A stretch of DNA of 48,810 nucleotides from Proteromonas lacertae (GCA_002245135.1 NGBS01000345.1:1-48810); one strand, 5' to 3'; numbered from the stretch's first letter, positions 32,697 through 45,960 are shown. Numbers and translations: made by a program. The notes: a model not told the origin generated them from the letters alone.

Positions 32697-35443
32697 CTGG
32701 GTTGAATAATAAAGGGACAGGGCAGTGGCGGGACAAGGGCATGTCCCGGGCAAAAATTGAAAGGGGCGTCCTTTATACTATCTAAAAATAGAAAAGGGTA
32801 CAATTTGCCCTTTTCAATTATTTTATTTGAATTTTTATATTTTGTGCGATTTTAGGGATATTAAACGCTATAAAAATATTTATTCTTTTCATAATTATGT
32901 ATTATTATCTTATAACAATAACAAACAATAATATTTCATTATAATAATAGCCTTAAAAGTAAGGGCTTTGAGATCCTTCATCACTAAAACCTTCATCACT
33001 AGAACTTTCATTTTCATCACTAGAACTTTTATCTTCATCACTAGAATTTTCATCACTTAAACCTTCATCGCTAGAACTACCAGAACTTTCATCTTCATCA
33101 CCAGAACATTGATAATCTAAAGTGTCATATACTATATTGTTATCAATTTCATTCAGCACATCTAAATTATATTCTTCTTCACTAATATCATTATCATCTT
33201 CATTTCTATCTTTTTCTTTGTTTTTTTCTTTTAATAAATCATATTTTATTCTTAAAATATTATTTATAGTATTAAGCTGTAATTTATTTCTAATATGATT
33301 ATGAACTATTCCCTCAATACTAAATGAACGTTCAATAAATGAGCTTGTGACAGGAATAGTTGAAAGAATATCATATAGCTTCTTAACATTTGGGTAAAAA
33401 ACTCCATACATATTGTACCATATATTAGTTGATATCTTTTTCGAAAATATATCTGAAGGGCACTTTTTGGAGTATGGTTTTCTTCTTTCAAAATGATATA
33501 TCTCATTTAATGCTTTCTGATTTAAAATAGGGCTGAATTTAGATAATATATATCTTTTTATATTATCCTTCTCCATGTCTGAAAATTTATGTTTACTGTT
33601 TATGTCTAAAAATTCATATAGAGCTAAAATGCTGTAGTTTGCATGTCTAGTCTCTTTTTTTATAATGTCTTTAATAAGTTCTTTTTCACTTGATGACCTT
33701 TTCATTAACTTTCTTTTAATTTTGGTCAATATTCTGAAACCATCATTTAATGTAGATGAATCTTTGCATAATAAGTGTATATTTGTGGAAATATATTTTG
33801 CAATCTTGTAGCATTCTTTAATTTCTGGTATATCTTCTTCCTTTAATAATTTTATCTGTAATAAAATTTCTTTATTGAGTAATATTTTTCTAAATACATC
33901 GCTATAGCTTGACCATCTCGTATCACATCCCTTGCGTATTTGGATATTTTTTTGTATAATTGAATATATAATTTCTCTAATCTTTTGATTATTATTTAAC
34001 TTATGAATAATGTCATTACACATGATTATCACTTTTTTGTATTTCTCTATTTCGAATACTTTTTTACTGATTAAGTTTAGGATGTGTGCTAAACATCCAA
34101 ACTTTACTACAGGTCTATTTATTTTTTTCTCTAAAATACTACTTATCTTTTTCATGGTGTAGTTGTTATCACTACTCACAGCAACAATGTTTTTAATATC
34201 TAGTTTATACTTCACTAATGTTTGAATTATTAATTCCACTATATTTTCTGATGTTTCTCGTTTATGTAAATAAATGGATTCCAAAAACGAAATATCACTG
34301 CTTTTCTTTATTGCCAAATTAATAACGTTTTCATTGGTTACTGATTTCCAAGAGTCCACAATTATACATATTTTACTGTTATCTACAATTTCCTTTACTA
34401 TTCTTTCTGCTTCTTCGTTCATTGATGCTTTTATTTTGTTTATTGTTATTGACTTTGTAGTTGGATTTAATGCATATATTAGATTTTTAAAGGATTTAGA
34501 TTGTATGGTTCTGAAAGCTAAGTTATTTTCTATAAGATATTTGGTCACCATTAAGTTTATTGCACGTTCATCATATCTCAATTCTGTAAGTTTTGATTGG
34601 ATTAGCTTTTCACTACATCTAATTTAATAAATATAATAAATATATTTATACTTTTTGTAATGACGTTTCAAATTAGTGCAATGAGCAATAATCATTGCCT
34701 TGCACCTTCTGCATTGAATTCTGTTGTATTTTTCAAGGGGTTTCTTTAACACCACATCTTCATTAAAGTATCTATACACAGCATCTCTCGTTTTACCCAT
34801 ATACAATTGAAATGCAAAATGATAGCTCGAAATTCTCAAACCATTTTCTAAATATTCAAATAATTGCTTGAAATACATTAAGTAGTATGCAAAATATACT
34901 AAATAGTAATTTTGAAATAGTTTTTCTATTAGTTTATGAAATATATTATGTTATTATCATAACAAGTACTATTGATTATCAATTAACTGAAAATACCCAT
35001 TCTATAGCTATACTTCTTAATTATCTATATGATATATGTGTAATATACAAAATTATTTATTATATAAATTTCATTTATGTTCAGTGACGTCAATCACCTT
35101 GAAATGTACATAATGTATATATATGCATATCAGAATATGATATACAGTATGTATATTCTATATAATTAGTATATATGCATAAACATATGATATTATATAA
35201 TCATAAGAAAAGTAGATGACTATTATGCTATAATACACAATAATATATCCTTTTTAACATATGTTAGTATATCTAGATGATAATATGGAAAAGTTATAAC
35301 AAAAAATCAGAAAAAATATACTACAGCATAACACATGGTAATATTACTATGCCCGAGCAGTAAGGGGCAGGCTTCTTTTCAGCTGAAAAAAAAGGGGCAA
35401 AAATAGGGCAAAATTCGAAAAGGACGCCCTTTATCGAACCCAG
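32697..35443 (-). mobile_element. Autonomous-looking hAT transposon, 2747 bp
   Basis: 8-bp TSD GTCTAAAT (32689..32696 and 35444..35451), termini CTGGGTT...AACCCAG and GC-rich subterminal GGGCA/GGGAC motifs. The empty site is visible in the left arm near 24353..24360. Confidence 0.95.
32953..34800 (-). CDS. hAT transposase with BED finger; one 33-nt intron (34619..34651)
   Basis: Exon 1 MGKTRDAVYRYF..CRRC..NLKRHYK; exon 2 IVDSWKS, SSDNN, CLAHILNL, TRWSS, SSFIERSFS, with an acidic SSDE-repeat tail. Confidence 0.9.
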
Positions 35444-37785
35444 GTCTAAATCGAAATTTCTAAACACTACTTTTCTAAAGTGATCGAATACTGAAGATAA
35501 AGTGAGTACATCCATAGCTAGATAGAAGAGGTTATAATCCATCAAATCTTTGCACTGGAGTACATCCCACAAATCACAACATGATGCATACTCTACATCT
35601 GTAATATTTTCATCCTGCTTGAGTTTTGAATAAAATGCTTCTTTGGGTGGTAAATGGCTAGTTTTATAATATTTGTCCAAAGTATCGCAATATTCGTAAG
35701 GGAAGTGTCCTTTTTCCAAACCCCACCTATATATGAAATCATCTGTTGCCCCACCTTTGGCATTTTTGATTTCAGTATTTTGAGGTAAATCTTCTTGATA
35801 TGTTTCAGTGTCCCAATATAGGGCTACTGGCATCATTTGCATAAACTTGTAATTTTTGAACGATATTCTTGTATTTGGTTCTGGGAACTTTCTAATAATA
35901 CCTCTATTACTTTTTAATTGACAATTGATTTTTTGATGGTATATTATAGATCTATTGGTAAATAAACTGCAGAAGCAATATGGGCATCTCTCTACATAAT
36001 TACTACATTTTTTATCCAATGGTAGTAAAAATGCATTTAAATTGGTAATAGGATAAAAATGGTTTCCATAGAAAAGTATATTAGCATGTGGCCAATTTTT
36101 GTTTTTATCTTGTTGGGTGACATATAATGGTATAGCTTCATTAGAATCCACTGTGAATACATTTAATGTAATTTTGTTACACTTCTCAAATTTTCTTATA
36201 CCATGCTGGTGATTCATTGGATCCACAGGAAATTCTAAGTAATTCACATTATATGCTTCAACATATTTTTTATAATGATATGAGCGATGTCTATTATTTG
36301 GAAACTCCATATAGTGTAATGATGCGGCTACTGCATATAAAAAGCATATATTTTGTCTAGCAACTGTTTTACCAAATTGCAAGTTAAGTATACATTTTTT
36401 GTTGGATAATTCTTTTGGTAATGGAATGTTCTCTATTTCGTTATCATTAGTTGCAGAACCAGTTGTTACACGAGATCGAGCTAAATTAATTGTAACTTCA
36501 TTAATCCATCGAAATCTCAAATCTGACTTCTGAGTATTGAATATCTCACCCATACTATCATATAAGTGATAATACAGCTTTTCTGGTAATACACCACCTA
36601 AATCACCTTTAGAGCATGTAATTACTTCTGTATCAAAACTTTTCCAATTTGACATAGTTTCACCAGTATCATTTGATTCAACCTCATCTGCTGCTATATA
36701 AGCCACTTTGAATGTATAATAAATTTTAGCATAACCAAAATTTTCGATAAATTCTCTAATCAACACCATACACTCTGGTACAACAGCTGGTTCATCTTCT
36801 TGTCTATCTTTCTTAAATCCAGTCAATGCTTCAAACACCAATTCTGGGGATTTTGCGATTTCAAATTTTTCTTTACCAAATTTCACTGGGATTGACATGC
36901 TGAACATTTTTGAGGATGTAATCACTTTATCCATTAATTCTCTTCTGACTGTGATTGGTATATTTCTTAATTGTTGTGGATGATTCTGTACTATATCTAG
37001 AGCTAATAATCCATCTCTATCTTCTTGCTTGGATTCACTACTCACATTGGTGTCCTGGGGATGAGTCTCTTCTATTTCTGATGCTGGTGGTTGATTTTGA
37101 TTTGGAGACTCTGGAATATCATCATCCTCCAAAAATCGCTGAAATTGAGCTGGATCGATTCTTTGAACTTTGGGTGGTGGTGGAGGCTCAGCTAGCACTG
37201 CTGGTCTTCTCTGAGGTGTTTGATACATAGTTTGCTGTTGAGATGGTGCAGATGGACGTGGAAGTATCGGTCTGAATGAACTTTGAGCCAAAGTGTTTAC
37301 TGGATGTTGCTGTAATGGTTGCTGCTGACCATACATAGGTGGTGGTCCATACATGGGCATGGGTACTGGTACCATCATGGGTTGAGGAGCATAGTAGTAC
37401 ATAGACTGCATAGGTGGCATCCCATTGTTATATGGTGGCATACCACCTCCTTGTATCATTGGATGATACATATTGTAACCATATGGGTATTGAGGGAACA
37501 TCTTGAACTTAAAAAATCTTGAATCTTGAATGTCGAATCTGAGTGGCTAGTTAGAGTCTCATGACCAATAGAAATCGATTGCAATATGATTGGGCCACGT
37601 ATCTGCATCAGCCAATGAAATATCGAAAGTCAGTAAAAACTAGTCGTTACAAAATATTTTCAATTTCTTTTTAGTTATGTATAAAGACAATGCATATATT
37701 TTATTTTAAGATGATTTATTTATGTTATATAACCCAACAAAAAACAATTGATCCTGAAACGGATATTTTTTTACTTCTCTCATGT

Positions 37786-38607
37786 TTATGCGCAAGGATC
37801 CACCATGATACCTTTAGCAATTAATTCTTCGATCAATTGACCTTTGCTTGGCTCCCAACATCTTTTGATATGCTCTTGGACCCAATTGTAAGGTAATGTT
37901 GTATCTAAGATAGCAGGAGCTCTTGGGAGTATAATCTCATACATGTTATGATCATAACAACCTTTAAACAGTGGTTCTTTCAAATGATACTGTGGTCCTA
38001 AAATTGTGATTAATGCATTACTGTTAATTAAGAAATCATTGCTCTCAGGTAATATCTTTAGCATACAGCAAATATCCTCTATCTTATCATCATCTGGATA
38101 CTCCAGTACAAACAAATCACTTCCATCCTTATTCTTGACATTCCAAGATTTGTATCCAACTACTCCATCAAACACTACATCTTTAATATTACCAATTCTG
38201 TTACCTATTGCATTACACACATATTCTTCCACCTCGCTTTTCAATTCTGGGATTTTGAAATGATCTTCCTTCTTTAACTTATACTTCTTACACATGAAGT
38301 CTTCATACTCGAGATCGTCTCTGAAGTATTGCCAACTGACATTCTTCTTTACCCACTCTTCACCTAAGGATGTTATCACATGCGGTCTGAAACACTGAGG
38401 AAATCTGACCATCCATAACTTCTTTGGCTGCATTATCTCCAGAAGTGGTTCTTCTATATCAAACTCTGGACCCATTAACATGATTTTCACATTTTCATCT
38501 AAAATCCTCTTGTTTGTCTCTGGAGGGATGATTAGGATAGTACATGCTTTTCTTGTAGTCTCAACTACTAAAAGATCATTCAATACATAAGTTTTGGGTG
38601 AAATCAT
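37786..38607 (-). CDS. Mirror copy of the 273-aa element protein
   Basis: Identical translation to 21197..22018. Confidence 0.8.
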   Translation of the reverse strand: MISPKTYVLNDLLVVETTRKACTILIIPPETNKRILDENVKIMLMGPEFDIEEPLLEIMQPKKLWMVRFPQCFRPHVITSLGEEWVKKNVSWQYFRDDLEYEDFMCKKYKLKKEDHFKIPELKSEVEEYVCNAIGNRIGNIKDVVFDGVVGYKSWNVKNKDGSDLFVLEYPDDDKIEDICCMLKILPESNDFLINSNALITILGPQYHLKEPLFKGCYDHNMYEIILPRAPAILDTTLPYNWVQEHIKRCWEPSKGQLIEELIAKGIMVDPCA

Positions 38608-38678
38608 GATATATAGTATAACGACTATATTTTTGTATTTTGTTCAATTTTATTGGTTAGTCGATAATGATATAGGAT

Positions 38679-39334
38679 ATGACCAATCATCTTTCGAGAC
38701 GTACCGAAGGTGTCCAATCAAGTTTTGAGAAAATAAAAAATATAGTCGTTACACTCTCTTACTCCAATTTTCTATATTTCATGTCGCATCAATTAATATC
38801 ATCAGATGAACTTTATCATCGTGATTTTCAGATGTTGGTGGATGGAGTGCCAGGTTTAATTAAGAAAGTTAGAGACATTAGGTCTATCGTAAAACCATTT
38901 GTGAGTAAAGGGTCCAAAGGAATGTACAAAGCAATGGCCAATGTGCAACAGGATTTGTTTCAAAGCTATTTAGATGAAACTGTGATAAAGCTGGATGACA
39001 TATACACCCAAGCAAATGGAACCTCAGCTTTAGCAATGAGATGCTATTGTATACCAGAAGACTCAAGTTTCAGCTTCAAATGGAGTGGATTAGGTTTAAT
39101 GGGTGCAAATGGCATGATGTTCTGAAAATGTATGGACCAGCTACTGAAGAGGTGAGATGTATGTTGCATAGCTTTATGGTGGATGAAATATTCAAATACG
39201 ATGAAGCTATTGGACAAGCCATCAATATTTATTACAATTTCCCATCAAGTATTACTCCACCCAAAATAGAGTTATATAGTAAGCTGGAAATAGATAATAT
39301 CAAGTCGGTAGGTAAAATAAAGAAGCAACATTAA
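38679..39334 (+). CDS. Mirror copy of the split 148/97-aa element gene
   Basis: Identical translations to 20470..21125. Confidence 0.55.
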
Positions 39335-40374
39335 AACATTAGAGTGAATAATTAAAAGTAATCTGATTATTGAATTATGTATTTGTTGGGTGTTAAAGAT
39401 ATTCGTAAATAAAAAATATTTGAAGTGTTTATCAATCATAAGAAAAAAATTAAAATGATAAAGGTTTGAATTTAGGTTTGAATATAAATGTTTTGGTTAA
39501 ATAAACACTATAGGGATAAGATAAAATCAGCAATATGTTGGTTAGCGATTTGTGTACTTAGTTCGAACCATAAGGAATAAATAAACGAAATAATCAATTG
39601 AATAATTATGAAAAAATATCTGTTTCATAATATTTTCATATTTTGAGTGACATAGCATATATGTGAATATGATATGTCAATGGAATAACCGATCGATGGT
39701 ACATCGACTGAGATGGTTAATTTCGATTTTCAAAATATTTCGTAAAATGATAGATGGATTTCATAAAAATTTTCAAATTTCTTTTTATTGCATAGATCGA
39801 TGCTCCATCATGAAAAGAATTGATACATGTGCTTATTATGCCTTATTGAGCATTTGTCAATATGTTCCAATATATATAAAAAAATATTCGTTTCACAATA
39901 TTCTCATGAATTGTGTACTATAGCATATATGTATATAATATATGTCAATCGCATCACCGATCGATGGTGCATCAATTGATAGAGTTTATTTCGAATTTTG
40001 AAATTAATGACAATATGCGATATACACTTAGTTCATAAAACAAAAAATATGTATTTAGATGGATGCAGCATGACGAGCTGCATCGATCGGTGTGGTCATT
40101 TTGAGGTAATTACGAGGTCAAAAAAATAGAACGCTTTTTGTAATTGACCATTTTTTACGTGTCAGTTCGTCCCAAAAATGGTCAAAGGAAAAAAAATGGC
40201 ATAGGGAAATGGAACTAAAAATGTCAGGAATTCCCAAAAAAATTTGGCCGTTACATGGTAAAATAGCCGTTTCGTATAATAAAATAGAACGCTTTTGGTA
40301 ATTGACGGTCATGGAAAATTTTCATATATAATAGTTTGATTCACGTTCTATTTCCCTTATTTATACATTATTAT

Positions 40375-40380
40375 AGAACC
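40375..40380 (+). repeat. 6-bp target-site duplication AGAACC (right)
   Basis: Matches 19424..19429. Confidence 0.9.
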
Positions 40381-40691
40381 TTTCGAAGAAGAAGAAAACA
40401 GACCTTGGACCTAATAAAGTAAGACGAGGAGGAAGATTTGATCCACGAGATGATAGATTCAGAAGAGATAACAGAGATTACAAACGTAGGTATGATAGAA
40501 GAGATGATCGTCGTGATGATAGATATCGTAGATCAAGAAGTCGTAGTAGAAGTCGTAGTAGAAGCAGAAGTGGAAGAAGAAGAGATGATGATAGATATTA
40601 TAGTCGAAGAAGCCATCACAGTAGTGATAGATATGACAGTAGAAGAGATAGAAGAGATGATCGATATGAAGGTAGAAGATCTTATCATTAA
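40377..40691 (+). CDS. Terminal exon of an Arg/Ser/Asp-rich (RS-domain) protein, cut off at the element end
   Basis: Manual translation NLSKKKKTDLGPNKVRRGGRFDPRDDRF...RSRSRSRSRSRS...GRRSYH*. No ATG; starts after AG. Confidence 0.7.
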   Translation, partial: NLSKKKKTDLGPNKVRRGGRFDPRDDRFRRDNRDYKRRYDRRDDRRDDRYRRSRSRSRSRSRSRSGRRRDDDRYYSRRSHHSSDRYDSRRDRRDDRYEGRRSYH

Positions 40692-40955
40692 TTTGTAAAA
40701 ATTATGAGAAATTGATTCTTTTTGTATTTTAATTGTGTATATAGTTTAAAGATGGAATTAATTACAATATGATAATAGAAACCAATTTACAAATTATTTC
40801 TATAAATCAATTTCAAAAAATTAAATTCTTCAAATTGATTGGTTATACGTGGAGCAATTTGATTGGGTGTTTGATTAAATCATTATTTTTTGCTCATATC
40901 TCATCAACTAACTATTTTACCACGGTTATTGTAATAAATATTGGTAATTGATCAA

Positions 40956-43900
40956 ATGCGAGGTATTTTTTTTGCATGTTATTACTTTTTTAATAGTAAA
41001 GAGAAAGTCAGTCCAAGTAGATAAAGTAGATAAAAACACCAAAAAACGAAAAATAGAAGATATAGCTGAAGATAAAGATGAAGAAGGTATAGAAGAAGAA
41101 ATGACAGAAATTATTCATACAGGTGTTGTTAATGTTGCTACAGAAGATTGTTTATTCTCCGAAAAGATGGAGAATAAGATTTATCATTTCAAATTCAAAG
41201 TAGAAAGCTTAACTGATGGTATTAGTTTTGGTTATCGTCTGAAAGAAGACTCAATGAGTGAAGGTGATGCATTTGTCGTTTCAACAGTAGGAGATACATA
41301 TGAAGTGATATATGATATGATTAACAAAAGAATGTCAATTAGACAAGGAAATAACAAAGAAGTGAGTGTATGTAGAATTAGTTCAACACCAGTTTACCCA
41401 TATATTGGTGCTAGAAATGGTTCAGTTGAATATTTAAGCTGTTGGAATCTTCCATTACCTATGATAGAAAGATATACAATTGAGGATTGTGATATTAATA
41501 CAACTCAAGATAAAAGTTGTAATGTAGTTAATTACTTAAAGTATATCAATGAATTGTACAGCTATGATAATAATGGCAGTAGTGGTGGTAATAAAATGGA
41601 TGAAATTCAATATGTAGTGTGTAATCAGTTATTTCAAGATATACGTAATAATAAGTATTATTTTAAAATAAATGAAGAAATGAAAGAGAAAAGTGGAATT
41701 TATCATTTCTATTTTGAAATAATGAATGTTGGTAGTACAAAAATTGGATTTGGTTATACAATTGGAGATAAAGTAATAGTAAAAAATGATATTGATCAGA
41801 ATGGTGAGGTATATGAAGTTAAATATAATATGAATGAAAAGAAAATGTTTATTAAACAGGGAAATGGTATTGAAAAACTAGTGTATGAAAACTTACCTGC
41901 ATCAATATATCCATGTATTAGTATTGGTGATAGAAAAGGTTTAGTGAAATTAATAGAATATTATATAGAGAAAAAGGATTATCACTTATTTAATGCAATT
42001 AATATTGAAGATGGTAAAGCTGTAATACATGGAATAAAAGTACCAAATACTATTTGTAGTATATACAACTATGAAAAGTATTACTGGATATCTGAACTAT
42101 TATCAATCAAAGCCAATCCATCAAATATTGATATTAACGAAATAAAAGAAAGAATAGAAGATATATTTATATTAGATGAAATACAAGAAGAATATTTATC
42201 TAATAGTGATATAAATGATTTAATAATACTATTAACATATTTTGATGATGAAAATGCAAAGTACTTAGATTTTCCAGATATTTTTGTTAAAATAGTGAAT
42301 AATTTGAATATAATTGAACTTACTAAACTCGATGAAGATGGTAATATTGAAGAAAGCGGTGAAACAAAGAAATATTTAGAGTTTTCAAAAGCCAATGTAA
42401 AAGTATTCCAGTTTCCAAAGAATATTATTTACATTAGAGATTGTTACTATTCAATGTTTAGAGATATATGTAAACTCTTATCACTTGATAAGATAAATTT
42501 CAATATAGTGATTACAGGTCAGCCAGGTATTGGCAAAACCTCTTTTATATATGTATTGTTGTTCTTTTTAAAGAATAATCTATCATATGATTATAAAGAA
42601 GAAGAAAAAGAATATTTGAAGAAAATACAGTTAATTAAAGAAAATAAAGAGATAGAAGAATTTCTGAATGAATTGAATAAAGAAAAGGAGAAAAGAATTG
42701 TTGATTTGAATATTGTAATAAAACAATTAGAAAAAGATATAGAAGAAAGTAATAAATCTATAAATGTTTTAAAAGAAAATATTAAAACAGTATTTGACAG
42801 AATTAAAAGAATATATGATAAAGAAGTTGATCATAGTGATTTATACATTCATGAAGGATGTAAATATACAATGAAAATATATGATAAAGAAATACATGTC
42901 AGATATTATAAAAATTTAACTAAGACAATATGTGAAGGAAAATATAATTCTAATATTAAAGAAATAGAGAATTTGCATAAATATATTAAAATAATTGATG
43001 ATAAAGAATTGAATCAATTGAATAATTGGATAAAAAGGAAAAATTATAACGATGATGTTGTATTAAAATATGTAATTACAGATAGAATATTAAACAGTTT
43101 GATGAATATAAAGAAAATGAATGATTCAATAGAATTATATAACAAAAGAATTGGAGAAATTACTAGTGAAATTAATAGTATTAAAAAAGAATATAATAAA
43201 ACCAGAAAAGTTGTGAAAAAGAAAGAAGATAAAATAATAGCTGAAATTGATAAAATAAAAGATGTTGAAGTAAAAGAAGAAAATTTAGGTATTGGATTTA
43301 ATTATTATATTTTGGATGCTTGTAAAAAGATGAGAAGCATATATTTCATTAAAGGGAAGAGGAATGGTGATGTTGCAGAAACTCAAATATACAAGTTTGA
43401 AAAGATCAATGGAGAATATATTCTATTTAAAATCAAAATAAATCCACATGATATTAAAAATTCATTGATAATAGTTGATACTTATAATGAGGAGTTTGAT
43501 GAAAGTAACATAGTAATATCAATCAGTTCTCCTGATTCTAAAAATTATGAAACATATATTGATAACAATACTAAATATTTATATTTTGATACTTTAAATA
43601 AAAGAGAAATAGAAGAATGGTTTAAATATTGTATTAATTTTGATAAAGGTAATGAATTTGATGGAATATGTGAAAAGTATGGTAATAATCCTCGACAAAT
43701 ATATTATCACTATTTGTATAAAGAAAACTATAATGGTGATTATTGGAAATATTATAAGCAGTTAATAGAAAGTGTAGTAGGAACAACAGGTTATATTCAG
43801 TTTGTAAATGATTATATGGGAAAGTATGAATTGAAAGAATTATCTAACATTATATTAAAATATGATTTGGAAAAAGTATGGGATAATGATGTTAAAAGAA

Positions 43901-45960
43901 TAATATTAAAACAAAAAGATTATTTAAAATTCATTTCTGAAGAAGTAGAAAAATTAATAGTTTGTAAATTTAATCCACCTAAAAATGAAGAAGAATATCA
44001 TCAGATTGAAGAATATTACACATCAACTAAAGATGAATATATGAGAAGAATGGCATTAAAACAGATAATAGCATATGAATTAAGTAGTGGTATAATTGAG
44101 TTCAATTATGAAGATTCTAATTTTGAAATGAATTCTGAATTATATGTTCCAGTTTATCATCCTCCAAATTCCTTACAGTCAGTGTTTTATATATTGGATG
44201 AAAATAATTTCTTTGATTTGATAATGAATGGAGTATTTATAAAAGTATTACTAAATCATGAAATTATTGAGAATGATGATAAAACAAAAGAAAAAATGAT
44301 AGAATCTATGAAAGTATAAATATATCTTGTATTTATAATTAAATAGAAATATAATATGAATGAAAGTGGCGAGTTTAAATATTGTATAATACAAAATAGA
44401 AGAGTAAAAGATTGTGATATTTTCCCTATATCAAATAAAGATGATGATGAAGAACAGAAACAAGAAGAAGGAAAAGAAAAACAAAAAGTAGAAATAGAAG
44501 AACAAGAACTAAAAGATGAAGATAGTGAACAACAAAATCAGGATATTAATACAATAGTTTTACCTCCAATGGATGTATATATACAAAACAATAAAGTTTA
44601 TTTGATGAGAGAATGTTTTTATAAGATGTTAAATTTTATTTTTCCTCAAAATTTTAATTTTAATTATGATAATCAAAGAAATTATTTGATATTTGGTCAT
44701 AATGGGATAGGAAAGTCAAAGTTTGCTGATATCATTAGAGAGAAAATTCATAAGAAATTCGGTAAAAGTGTTAGTATATTACATTTAATTAAAGGAAAAA
44801 CCTGTCCATACGAAAACAAAGAATATTACGATAAGAAAAAGAAATTTCAAATAGTAATTTCTGATGAAGCTGTAATTGGTGAAGATGATTATGCAGATGC
44901 AAAAATGATAATATTATTAGCTAATCCATTCAAAAAGCAGTATAAAACATTTCAAAGTAAAAGATGTGCATTAATAATGTATATACCTCAATTAACACAA
45001 GAAGAAGTAGAGAAAGTTGGAGAAACAAAATTTATTATAGTTAAAAAATTGAATGGCATTGAACTGAATATTACATATAAAGGATTTACAAATAGTGATG
45101 AAATAAATTCTGATAAATCACAAATATTTTTCAATAAGAATGGATATGATAAATGGAAAAAGGTGTATGAAGAAAAGTATTCATTATATAAAGGTATTAT
45201 TGGTTTTTACAGAAATAAAGACAATGAAAATTATATAAAAGCTTCAATTAATGATGAAAAGAACAAGGTGATAATGGAAGAAATATTAAAAGGAATAAAT
45301 AAATCTCCATTTTCAAAAGGTGAATATGATTATGTATTGATATATGATACATATGAAGATGAAAATGGTATTTTTACATCAAATCGACTTACATTTATAT
45401 CTGAAGAAATCAAAAAGAAGGCATGTGATAAACTTTATAATATAAACGATAAAGAAAGTTGTAAAGAAAAGATAAAATCATTAAAAGAAAATCCAGTAGG
45501 AAGTCTAGCTGGAATATTATATGAAAGAATTATATCATATTTAATGAAGAATTGTGATTCTTTTAATAAAAATTTGATAGATGATATTAAAGAATATTAC
45601 TTAGATGAAAAAAAGAATAAATATATTGTTTATCACTTATGATGAGTTGAATAATATTGATAAAGAGATTAATTTATATTATTCATAAAGTATATTTTCT
45701 ATTATTAAATATTTTCTGTTATTTTAGAATGACATTATTTTGGCAAAAGGAACAATGACAAAAGGAGTTTATCATTATAACATTATATTTATACGCAAAT
45801 AGAAGATACTATTCATTATTCAAAGATATAGATTTATAAATCAATGAAATGATAATATTAGTGGTAGAATTTACTACGCAGTTTGCAATGAAGTGTTTAA
45901 AGGTGATGATAATTGTTTATTGAGAGAATGGAAGAAGGAATACATTATTTATATTCTTTT
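40956..45960 (+). CDS. Large protein with two SPRY-like repeats and two Crinkler/RHS-type P-loop NTPase modules (3' end approximate, frameshifted)
   Basis: The 1123-aa and 428-aa ORFs join in frame through intron 44314..44346. Motifs: YIRDCY..ITGQPGIGKT..SSPD.KNY and LMRECF..IFGHNGIGKS..ANP.KKQY..YIP, then AGILYE. Confidence 0.65.

Larger units (their letters stand above)
31018..37501 (-). pseudogene. polB: Second pPolB copy disrupted by hAT insertion
   Basis: The 726-aa and 574-aa ORFs match the two halves of the 1242-aa protein, split at NFDLD|PCW. Confidence 0.93.
19430..40374. mobile_element. Palindromic (fold-back) Polinton/Maverick-like element, 20945 bp including a nested hAT
   Basis: 6-bp TSD, ATAATAATG termini, protein-primed PolB, and arms 19430..28504 and 28546..40374. 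Confidence 0.88.
28546..40374 (-). repeat. Right arm of giant palindrome, interrupted by hAT
   Basis: Reverse complement of the left arm plus 2755 extra nt (2747-bp hAT and 8-bp TSD). Confidence 0.95.

Noticed and set aside
35104..35128. ATGTACATAATGTATAT resembling a bacterial dif site
   Set aside because: Only a partial match in AT-rich, TA-repetitive eukaryotic DNA, with no recombinase nearby.
32688..35452. 10-bp TSD GGTCTAAATC with TGGGTT termini
   Set aside because: Formally equivalent, but the 8-bp TSD fits hAT biology and the nTnnnnAn target pattern.
19881..39923. Small ORFs in the 270-bp repeats and termini (MVHRLRW..., MTVNYQK...)
   Set aside because: They are repeat-derived, lack motifs and vary in length between units.
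19430..40374. Palindrome as an assembly or fold-back read artefact
   Set aside because: The direct 6-bp TSD at both ends, the arm-specific hAT with its own TSD, point differences and unique flanks are hard to produce artefactually. Read confirmation is still needed.
40438..40698. 86-aa ORF in the track
   Set aside because: An off-frame shadow of the RS-rich exon.
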